Source: Candidatus Methylomirabilia bacterium (GTDB taxonomy: Bacteria; Methylomirabilota; Methylomirabilia; Rokubacteriales; CSP1-6). From it: a stretch of DNA of 64,000 bases. Location of the stretch: assembly GCA_046758965.1 (NCBI GenBank), contig JBHIBG010000003.1, positions 1 to 64,000 on the forward strand. Reading direction: 5' to 3'. A program made the translations under genes and the position numbers. This document shows positions 56,918 through 64,000 of the stretch, one piece after another; the stretch's first letter is position 1, and each line of letters opens with the position of its first letter. Under the pieces are notes generated by a model, which saw nothing but the letters and a program-made list of their open reading frames with translations, was not told the DNA's origin and did not search any database.

Positions 56918-57089
56918 CTGGCGCCGGGCCGAGAACCGAGCAGATCAAGGACGCAGGGAGGAGCCCACCGGAGGCGTACTCCCTGTACGTTGAGGATGGG
57001 TGACGACCGCCCGATGACCAACGGCCGAAGGCCATCCTTGGCGGGCACCCACGAAGTGGGTCGTGCGACGGTTATCGGCACGGCGCTAG
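56918..57089. mobile_element. MITE-like element (172 bp)
   Basis: 21-bp terminal inverted repeats (18/21 match) ending in CTGG/CTAG; internal hairpins; no transposase. Confidence 0.6.
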
Positions 57090-58501
57090 CTGATGGGCGG
57101 CCGCTTCCCCGCCCAGGGCTGGGCCGCCTCGAAGCAGGCTGAAGCCCGGAGCACCGTCTGATCGTCGAAGCGGCGCCCCACAATCTGGAGCCCGATGGGG
57201 AGGCCGTCCCGGGTGAAGCCGCACGGCACCGAGGCGGCAGGCTGGCCCGTCAGGTTGAACGGGTATGTGAACGGGATCCAGCCGTAGATCGGAATCGGCC
57301 GGCCCGCGATCTCTGCGGGGTTGTCGATCCCCACTCTGAAGGGCGGGCAGGCCACCGTGGGGGTGAGCAGCAGGTCGTACCGAGCGAAGAACTTCCTGAC
57401 GTGGTCGCAGAACGTCAACCGGTCGAACCAGGCCTGGACGTACTCGGTCGGTGACCACTTGAGCGCGTCCTCGATGATCCTGACCAGCCCTCCCTCGATC
57501 TCCTGCCGGCGCTCGGGCAGGTACGGGGCGAGCCTGGTAGCGATGCCCCCGCAGAAGATCACCTCCCAGGCCTCATGAGGGCTGGGCCACCCGGGGCCAG
57601 CTGCCTCCACCCGGCATCCGAACTCCCTGAACTGCCTCGCGGCCTTCTCACACACGGTCTGGACTTCGGGATCCACCGTCGCGTAGCCGAGGTCCGGGCT
57701 CCACGCCACGCGGAGCCCTTTGAGGCTCTTTCCCCTGAGGCTCTTGAGGAAGTCGATCTGCTGGGCCGGGAGCGAAGCCAGGTCCCGCTCGTCCGGCCCG
57801 GCCAGGACGTTCAGCATCAGGGCCGCATCAGCCACGGTCCGCGTCATGGGTCCGGCGTGCGAGAGGCTCCAGGCGGCGCTGAACGGATAGACCGGGACTC
57901 GCCCGAAGGACGGCTTGATGCCGAAAATGCCGGAGAAGGAGGCGGGGATCCGGATCGAGCCCCCGCCGTCGGTGCCCACCGCGAGCGGAGCCATCCCAGA
58001 GGCCACGGCTGCGCCCGCCCCTCCGCTCGACCCCCCGGGAGTCTGCTCGGGATTCCACGGGCTCCGGGTAATTCCGAAGACCAGATTATGGGTCGCTCCG
58101 ATCCAGCCGAAGGCCGGAGTGTTGGTCTTCCCCACCAGGATGCCGCCCGCGGCCGTGAGGCGTTCGACCGCGGGAGCGTCCTCCGAGGGGATGTGATCGT
58201 CGTAAAGCCTCGACCCCCAAGTGGTGCGAACGCCTTTGGTGATCAGGAGGTCCTTGATCGAGAACGGGACGCCGTGGAGGGGACCGAGCCTCGCCCCTTT
58301 CCGCATCAGCGCGCGCTCCGCGGCCCTGGCCGCTCGACGGGCCGCCTCCGCGGTCACGGTGCAGTAGGCATTGAGCGTCGGGTTCAGCCGCTCGATGCGG
58401 GCCAGGACCGCGCTCACCACCTCCACCGGCGAGACCCTCTTCCGCCTGATCGCCCCCGCCAGCTCAACGGCGGACATCCAGCAGAGCTCGTCGTTCGCCA
58501 T
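57086..58501 (-). CDS. Amidase signature family protein
   Basis: 'GPLHGVPFSIKD', 'GKTNTP', 'GGSSGG', 'GTDGGGSIRIP'. Confidence 0.93.
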   Translation of the reverse strand: MANDELCWMSAVELAGAIRRKRVSPVEVVSAVLARIERLNPTLNAYCTVTAEAARRAARAAERALMRKGARLGPLHGVPFSIKDLLITKGVRTTWGSRLYDDHIPSEDAPAVERLTAAGGILVGKTNTPAFGWIGATHNLVFGITRSPWNPEQTPGGSSGGAGAAVASGMAPLAVGTDGGGSIRIPASFSGIFGIKPSFGRVPVYPFSAAWSLSHAGPMTRTVADAALMLNVLAGPDERDLASLPAQQIDFLKSLRGKSLKGLRVAWSPDLGYATVDPEVQTVCEKAARQFREFGCRVEAAGPGWPSPHEAWEVIFCGGIATRLAPYLPERRQEIEGGLVRIIEDALKWSPTEYVQAWFDRLTFCDHVRKFFARYDLLLTPTVACPPFRVGIDNPAEIAGRPIPIYGWIPFTYPFNLTGQPAASVPCGFTRDGLPIGLQIVGRRFDDQTVLRASACFEAAQPWAGKRPPIS

Positions 58502-58523
58502 CCCTCGCTCCCTCGCCCGGCTG

Positions 58524-59942
58524 TCAACCCTTGAGGTGGAAGACGACCATCTTGAGCTCGGTCATCTCCTGCACGGCGTAGCGCGGCCCCTCCTTGCCGA
58601 AGCCCGACTCCTTGAGGCCGCCGTAGGGCATCAGGTCCGCCCGCCACTGGGGGCCCCAGTTGACGTGGAGGTTACCGGACTGGACCTCCCGCGCAAAGCG
58701 CATGGCCCACTCCAGGCTCTCGGTGAAGATGCCGGCCGACAGCCCGTAGACCGAATCGTTCGCCAGGGCGATCGCCTCGTCGATGTTGTTGAAGGGGGTC
58801 ACGGCCACCGCCGGGCCGAAGAGCTCCTCGCAGGAGATCCGCATCTCGGGCTTCACGTCCGCGACGACAGTCGGAGCGTAGATGGCGCCGCGACGCTCGC
58901 CCCCCACGACGACGCGCGCCCCCGTGGCCACTGCCTCCTTGACCCACTCTTCGACCCGGACGGCATCCCGCTCCCGCACCATGGGCCCGACCTTGGTCTC
59001 CTCCCGAAGCTGATCTCCCATGGCCAGGGCCGCCACCTTCGGCTTGAGGGCATCCAGAAAGTCGCCGTACACCTTCCCGGAAGTCAGCACTCGCTGGGTG
59101 GAGATGCAGACCTGCCCGGCATTGGCGTACCCCGTGGCCGTCACCGCCGCCGCGACCTTGTCCAGATCGGCGTCGGACATGACGATCAGCGGGGAGTTGG
59201 AGCCCAGCTCCATGGTCACCTTCTTGAGCGCGCCGAACTTGCAGATCCGCTCTCCCACATCCCGGCTCCCCGTGAACGTGATCTTGCGAACCCGGCGGTC
59301 CGAAACCAGCGCATCCCCGATCTCCCCTCCCGAGCCGGTGAGGCACTGGATCCCTTCGGGTGGCACTCCCGCCTCCAGAAGAATCTCGGTCAGCTTCAAG
59401 GCCGAGAGCGGGGTATCGGTGGCGGGCTTTACGACCACCGCATTGCCTGCCGCCAGGGCCGGCCCCACCTTGTGGCAGACCAGGTTCAGCGGGAAGTTGA
59501 ACGGGCTGATCGCCACCACGACGCCGCACGGGACCCGGATCGTGAAGCCGAACCGCTTCCCGCCGGCCGGGTCGGCGTCCAGGGGGATGGTCTCGCCGTG
59601 GATGCGCTTGGCCTCCTCCGCCGAGCCCATGATGGTCTCCACCGCCCGGCCGGCCTCCCCGCGGCCTTCGCCAATGACCTTGCCCTCCTCCATCGAGATG
59701 AGCCGGCCCAGCTCTTCCCGCCGGGAGTCGATCAGCTGTGCGGCCTTCGTCAGGATCTTCCACCGCTCGTGGCCGGAGAGCTGGGCCATCGCCTTGGCCC
59801 CCCGCTCCGCGGAGGCCAACGCCCGGTCCACATCGCCTAGGTCGGCGCGCGGGACGGTGTCGATCACCGAGTTGTCGTATGGGTTCACGACTCCGATCTT
59901 CTGAGGCTTGTCGATCCACTGCCCTGCCACATACATCTTCAT
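58524..59942 (-). CDS. Aldehyde dehydrogenase
   Basis: 'PFNFP', 'FTGS', 'MELG', catalytic 'GQVCIS', 'EELFGP', 'GGLKESG'. Confidence 0.94.
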   Translation of the reverse strand: MKMYVAGQWIDKPQKIGVVNPYDNSVIDTVPRADLGDVDRALASAERGAKAMAQLSGHERWKILTKAAQLIDSRREELGRLISMEEGKVIGEGRGEAGRAVETIMGSAEEAKRIHGETIPLDADPAGGKRFGFTIRVPCGVVVAISPFNFPLNLVCHKVGPALAAGNAVVVKPATDTPLSALKLTEILLEAGVPPEGIQCLTGSGGEIGDALVSDRRVRKITFTGSRDVGERICKFGALKKVTMELGSNSPLIVMSDADLDKVAAAVTATGYANAGQVCISTQRVLTSGKVYGDFLDALKPKVAALAMGDQLREETKVGPMVRERDAVRVEEWVKEAVATGARVVVGGERRGAIYAPTVVADVKPEMRISCEELFGPAVAVTPFNNIDEAIALANDSVYGLSAGIFTESLEWAMRFAREVQSGNLHVNWGPQWRADLMPYGGLKESGFGKEGPRYAVQEMTELKMVVFHLKG

Positions 59943-60193
59943 GCGCCAATCCCCCTTCGAAACTTACGCGCCGCGCAGCCGCGATCGAACGCGTGTCGGA
60001 GCGCGTCGCTCATGAGGTCCTGGTCGAAGACTCCGCGCGTGATTACTGCGCTGTCTAGGCGTGATCCTTCTACGTCCTTTTGGGGCCACTGTCAAGCCCT
60101 TACCGAGACCGCAAAAGCCATCCGCATCCCTCGAGGCGCTCTCCCCGCTCTCGGGTCTTCCCAGGAGGGGTCGAGGGAGGACCGAGCGGAGGG

Positions 60194-60910
60194 TCAGCCG
60201 CCCAGATAGAGCTGCCTCACCTGAGGGTCTTGCAGGAGGCGGGGACCTGTGTCTTCGAAGCGGTTGCGTCCGAGCTCGAGGACATAGCCCCGATCGGAAA
60301 CCTCCAGCGCCCGGCGGGCGTTCTGCTCCACCATCAGCAGAGTCATGCCGGAGGCCTTGAGCTCCACAAGCTTCTCGAAGAGGTTTTCGATGACGCGGGG
60401 CGCCAGCCCCAGGGAGGGCTCGTCCAGCATCAGGAGCTTGGGCTCGAGCATGAGCGCCCGGCCGATCTCGAGCATCTTCTGCTGGCCTCCGCTGAGGGTC
60501 CCGGCGAGGGCGCGCTCTTTGTCGCCAAGCACCGGGAAGCGCTCGTAGACCCGGGCGATGTCCTGCTCGATCCGCCCGTCCCGCCGGATGAACGCCCCGA
60601 GCTCCAGGTTCTCCCGCACCGTCATAAGGGGCCAGATGCTCCGCCCCTGCGGCACGTAGGACAGCCCGCGGCGCAGTCGCTCTTGCGGGCGGAGCTGCCC
60701 CACCTCCTTCCCGTCGAAGCGCAGGCTGCCCGCGCGGAGCGCCAGGAGGCCGAAGATCGCCTTCATGGCGGTGGACTTCCCGGCCCCGTTAGGCCCGATG
60801 ACTGAAATCATCTCCCCGTACCCCACGCTGAGGGAGACACCGTGGAGGATGACGATGCGGCCGTAGCCGCTCACCAGCCCTCGCACGTCCAGCAGCAGGT
60901 CAGCGTCCAA
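60194..60910 (-). CDS. livF: Liv-type ABC ATP-binding protein
   Basis: TTG start at about 60910; 'GPNGAGKS', 'LSGGQQ', 'DEPSLGL', 'VEQN'. Confidence 0.9.
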   Translation of the reverse strand: MDADLLLDVRGLVSGYGRIVILHGVSLSVGYGEMISVIGPNGAGKSTAMKAIFGLLALRAGSLRFDGKEVGQLRPQERLRRGLSYVPQGRSIWPLMTVRENLELGAFIRRDGRIEQDIARVYERFPVLGDKERALAGTLSGGQQKMLEIGRALMLEPKLLMLDEPSLGLAPRVIENLFEKLVELKASGMTLLMVEQNARRALEVSDRGYVLELGRNRFEDTGPRLLQDPQVRQLYLGG

Positions 60911-61649
60911 AGTAGGCCTCGATGACATCCTTGTGGCGCTGGATGTACGCGGGCTCGCCGGCCGCAATGGCCCGGCCGTGGTCGAGCACCACCACCCACT
61001 CGCAGAGGTTCATTACCACTTTCATATCGTGCTCCACGATGAGGAAGGTCGTCCCCTGCTCGCAGAGCTTCCTGATCTTGTCGAGGAGGCTATTCAACAG
61101 GGTGCGGTTCACCCCGGCAGCAGGCTCGTCAAGCAAGACGAGCGCAGGGTCGGAAATGATGGCGCTGCCGAACTCGAGCAATTTCTGCTGGCCGTAGGAG
61201 AGATTGCCGGCGGGCTCATCGCGGAGCGGCAGGAGGTTCAGCATGCCGAGGATCTGCCCCGCCTTGTCCCGAATCTCCCGTTCGTGGCGGCGGATCGCGG
61301 GGGTGCGGACGAGGCTCTGCACCCACTTCTCCCCGAAATGCTGCTGGGCCGCCATCAACAGATTGTCCAGCACGCTCATCCGGGGAAACACGCGGATGAT
61401 CTGGAAGGTACGGGCGATCCCCTTGAGCGCGATCTCGTGAGTCTTGAGCCCCATGAGCGAGTGCCCCCGGTAGACCATGTCCCCCCGGTCGGCTTGATAG
61501 ATGCCCGTCAGGAGGTTGAAGACGGTGGTCTTGCCAGAGCCGTTGGGACCGATCAGCCCCGTGATGCTGTGCTCTCTCACGGCGAAGCTGCAGTCGTCCA
61601 CCGCCGTGATCCCCCCGAACCGCTTGGTGAGCCCGCGAAGCTCTAGCAT
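60900..61649 (-). CDS. livG: Liv-type ABC ATP-binding protein
   Basis: 'GPNGSGKTT', 'ARTFQ', 'LSYGQQ', 'DEPAAG', 'VEHDM'. Confidence 0.92.
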   Translation of the reverse strand: MLELRGLTKRFGGITAVDDCSFAVREHSITGLIGPNGSGKTTVFNLLTGIYQADRGDMVYRGHSLMGLKTHEIALKGIARTFQIIRVFPRMSVLDNLLMAAQQHFGEKWVQSLVRTPAIRRHEREIRDKAGQILGMLNLLPLRDEPAGNLSYGQQKLLEFGSAIISDPALVLLDEPAAGVNRTLLNSLLDKIRKLCEQGTTFLIVEHDMKVVMNLCEWVVVLDHGRAIAAGEPAYIQRHKDVIEAYFGR

Positions 61650-61655
61650 GGCGCC

Positions 61656-62666
61656 CTAGCTCTCGCTCTCCGCCTCGAGGGTGGAGGGACGCCGGCGCCC
61701 TCGCGTGACCCAGCTCCAGAGGGCCTCGAGCCCTCCCCACATCCCCCGAGGCATGAAGAGGATCACCACCATAAGCAGCAGGCCGTAGAAGACCGCCCAC
61801 GACTCCTTCGGCACGCTCAGAACGCCCGGCAGCTCGGTCAGCCTCTCGGGGAGCTGGGTGAACACAATGGCCCCCAGCACCGGCCCGTAGAGCGCGCCCG
61901 AACCCCCCGAGATGACCATGATCAGGATATAGATGGCCTCGATCAGGATGAAGTTGATGGGCTCGAGGAACTGGATGTAGTGAGCATAGAGGCTTCCGGC
62001 GACCCCCGCGTAGAAGCCGCTGATGGCGAAGGAAAGGATCTTGTACTTCTTGGTGTGCAGACCCATCGTCTCGGCCAGGTCCTCGTCTTCGCGGATCGCG
62101 ATGAAGGCCCGTCCCAACCGCGAGTTTACGATGACGGCCATGACCGCCGTGCCCGCGACAGCGAAGCTTGCCGTCAGGTAGTAGAAGGACCGGACGGAGA
62201 CGAACTCGACGTCCACCAGCCCGAAGAGATGGATGCCGCTGGGAGGCGGGATGCCGACCAGCCCCATCGGGCCCTGGGTGAGGGAAATCCAGTTGATCAT
62301 GACCATGCGCGCGACTTCGGCGAAGCCGATGGTGGCGATGGCAAAGTAGATCCCTCTGAGATTCAGAGCCGGGATGCCGACGCCGATCGCGACGAGGGCC
62401 ACGAAGAGCCCCGCTGCCGGGAGGGCGAGCCAGAAGTTGAGGCCTACGCGCATCATGAGGAGGGCGGAGGCGTAGGCTCCGATCCCCCAGAACGCCGCCT
62501 GGGCCTTGGAGAGCTGGCCGGTGTAGCCCATGATGAGGTTCAGGCCGTGGGCCAGCAGCAGGTAGATGGCGGTCAGGATGAGGAGGTGGAGCTCGAACTC
62601 GTTCTCGGTCAAGCTCGGAATGAGGAACACGAAGGCGACGATGGCGAGGCCGAGCAGCGTCTTCAT
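61656..62666 (-). CDS. livM: Liv-type ABC permease
   Basis: 'GYTGQLS', 'LRGIYFAIAT', 'GRAFIAIRED'. Confidence 0.9.
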   Translation of the reverse strand: MKTLLGLAIVAFVFLIPSLTENEFELHLLILTAIYLLLAHGLNLIMGYTGQLSKAQAAFWGIGAYASALLMMRVGLNFWLALPAAGLFVALVAIGVGIPALNLRGIYFAIATIGFAEVARMVMINWISLTQGPMGLVGIPPPSGIHLFGLVDVEFVSVRSFYYLTASFAVAGTAVMAVIVNSRLGRAFIAIREDEDLAETMGLHTKKYKILSFAISGFYAGVAGSLYAHYIQFLEPINFILIEAIYILIMVISGGSGALYGPVLGAIVFTQLPERLTELPGVLSVPKESWAVFYGLLLMVVILFMPRGMWGGLEALWSWVTRGRRRPSTLEAESES

Positions 62667-63550
62667 CGGGTGATCTTTCCCAGGACGCCCTCGGGCCGCA
62701 AGAGCAGGACCCCGATCAGGACGACGAAGCCAATGGCCTCCTTGAACTCCGACCAGAAGATGCCGCCCAGTGTCTCGGCAAAGGCGAGCACGAGGCCTCC
62801 GAGGATGGCGCCGGGCACATGCCCCATCCCGCCCAGGACGATCACCACGAAGGCCTTCAGCCCGGGCGTGAACCCCATCTCCGGGTAGACAGTGAAGATG
62901 GCGCCCACCAGGCCGCCCGCGGCCGCGGCCAGGGCGGAGCCTATCATGAAGGTCACCGAGACCACCCGGTCCACGTCGATGCCCACCACCACGACCGCCT
63001 CGCGGTTCTGGGCCGTGGCGCGCATGGCTTTGCCCATCCGCGTCTTCTGGATAAACAGGTAAAGGCCGCTGATGAGCAGCACGCAGACCAGCAGGGTAAT
63101 CAGCCGCTGGAGCGTGAAGGCCGCGCCCAAGCCGCTCAGAATGACGTTCGACGCCTTGCTCGGGATGATGCGCGGGATGCTGGTCCAGACCAGGCGGGCG
63201 CTGGCCTCGAGGAAGACGAGGAGGCCGAGGGAGACCAGCAGCGTGTCGATCATCGGGTGCTCACGGAGGGGCTTGAAGACGAGCTTCTCCACCACGACCC
63301 CTCCGATGGCGATGACCACCATGGCCACGGCCACCGAGAGGACGTACGGGAGCCCCAGCAGCGCGGCGCCGAAGAAGGTCAGGTACGCCCCGTACATGTA
63401 GAAGGTGCCGTGGGCGAAGTTGATGATGCGCATGATGCCGAAGACCAGGGTCAGGCCGATGGCCACCATGGCGAAGATGCCGCCGTTGATCAGCGTGTTG
63501 GCCAGCTGCTGGGGAAGCTGGCTCCAGAGCTGCTGGGCAAAACTCTCCAT
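62663..63550 (-). CDS. livH: Liv-type ABC permease
   Basis: 'GLTLVFG...INFAHG', 'GKAMRA', 'VLGGMG', 'RPEG'. Confidence 0.92.
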   Translation of the reverse strand: MESFAQQLWSQLPQQLANTLINGGIFAMVAIGLTLVFGIMRIINFAHGTFYMYGAYLTFFGAALLGLPYVLSVAVAMVVIAIGGVVVEKLVFKPLREHPMIDTLLVSLGLLVFLEASARLVWTSIPRIIPSKASNVILSGLGAAFTLQRLITLLVCVLLISGLYLFIQKTRMGKAMRATAQNREAVVVVGIDVDRVVSVTFMIGSALAAAAGGLVGAIFTVYPEMGFTPGLKAFVVIVLGGMGHVPGAILGGLVLAFAETLGGIFWSEFKEAIGFVVLIGVLLLRPEGVLGKITR

Positions 63551-63634
63551 GAGTCGGTTCGGCGGGCGGGCTCAAGACGCACCCCGCCCGCCGATTGCGG
63601 CGGGCGGGGGCGGAAGCCGTACCAAAGGGCGCGC

Positions 63635-64000
63635 TTACTGGTAGATGATGGTGCGCTGCCCCTTCTCGAAGCGAGCCAGGCCTGGCCGGACCGGGGCCTG
63701 GCCGTTCTCGTCGAAGTAGAGCATGTGGCCGGGATAGGAGTAGACCCCCTTCATCCGCGTCTCCGCGATGGCGTCGCGGATCTTGGCGCGGTCAGTGGTC
63801 GTGTTGGCGCGCTCCATGGCCCGGGCGATCACGTAGATGGCGTCGTAGGTGGGCGCGGAGAGGAAGTTCGGGTTGCGGCCCACCTTGGCGCGAAACTTCT
63901 TGACGAACTCCTGGACCATGGGGTCCTTCTGGTTGGCCTCGAAGGCGGTCACCACCCAGACGCCGTTCACGGCCTCGCCCCCCCTGGCCACCTCATCCTG
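63635..64000 (-). CDS. Liv-type ABC substrate-binding protein (3' part, truncated by window edge)
   Basis: 'FVKKFRAK.GRNP...YDAIY', 'FDENG'; upstream of livH. Confidence 0.8.
   Translation of the reverse strand, partial: QDEVARGGEAVNGVWVVTAFEANQKDPMVQEFVKKFRAKVGRNPNFLSAPTYDAIYVIARAMERANTTTDRAKIRDAIAETRMKGVYSYPGHMLYFDENGQAPVRPGLARFEKGQRTIIYQ

Noticed and set aside
1..64000. CRISPR array, tRNA, rRNA, integrase or transposase
   Set aside because: No regularly spaced repeats, cloverleaf/T-loop signatures or recombinase motifs were recognised by eye.

Overview
GC-rich bacterial chromosomal window; gene order and intergenic repeats are compatible with Methylomirabilota/Rokubacteria or a Deltaproteobacteria-like lineage (inference only). 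(1) 0.1-8.3 kb, accessory: a minus-strand three-gene operon (helical protein, SPFH + zinc ribbons, multi-Zn-ribbon protein), M19 dipeptidase, MBL hydrolase, 3D-domain lipoprotein, MOSC protein, trypsin-like protease and short gene relics. (2) 8.5-20.2 kb: two TakP-like TRAP transporters in mirror-image arrangement beside a fused indolepyruvate:ferredoxin oxidoreductase-family gene. (3) 20.4-32.7 kb: class V aminotransferase, serA, histidine phosphatase, hisZ and purA, interrupted or flanked by a crotonase, a haloalkane dehalogenase, a RelE/HTH toxin-antitoxin pair, a clan AA protease and mtnA + double SagB nitroreductase. (4) 32.8-54.6 kb: dcw/ylm cluster (mraZ to ftsZ, then pgeF, yggS, proC, yggT, divIVA) lacking murG and ddl and carrying a radical-SAM-like ORF without the CxxxCxxC motif. 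(5) 54.8-64 kb: M48 peptidase and a Liv-type ABC transporter with aldehyde dehydrogenase, amidase and 3-hydroxyacyl-CoA dehydrogenase. Non-coding: a covarying two-hairpin repeat (2 copies), a 172-bp MITE-like element, a TGTGA-N6-TCACA operator, inverted MraZ-like boxes and several sigma70-type promoters. No rRNA, tRNA, CRISPR array or transposase was recognised. All calls come from motif recognition by eye; no searches were run.
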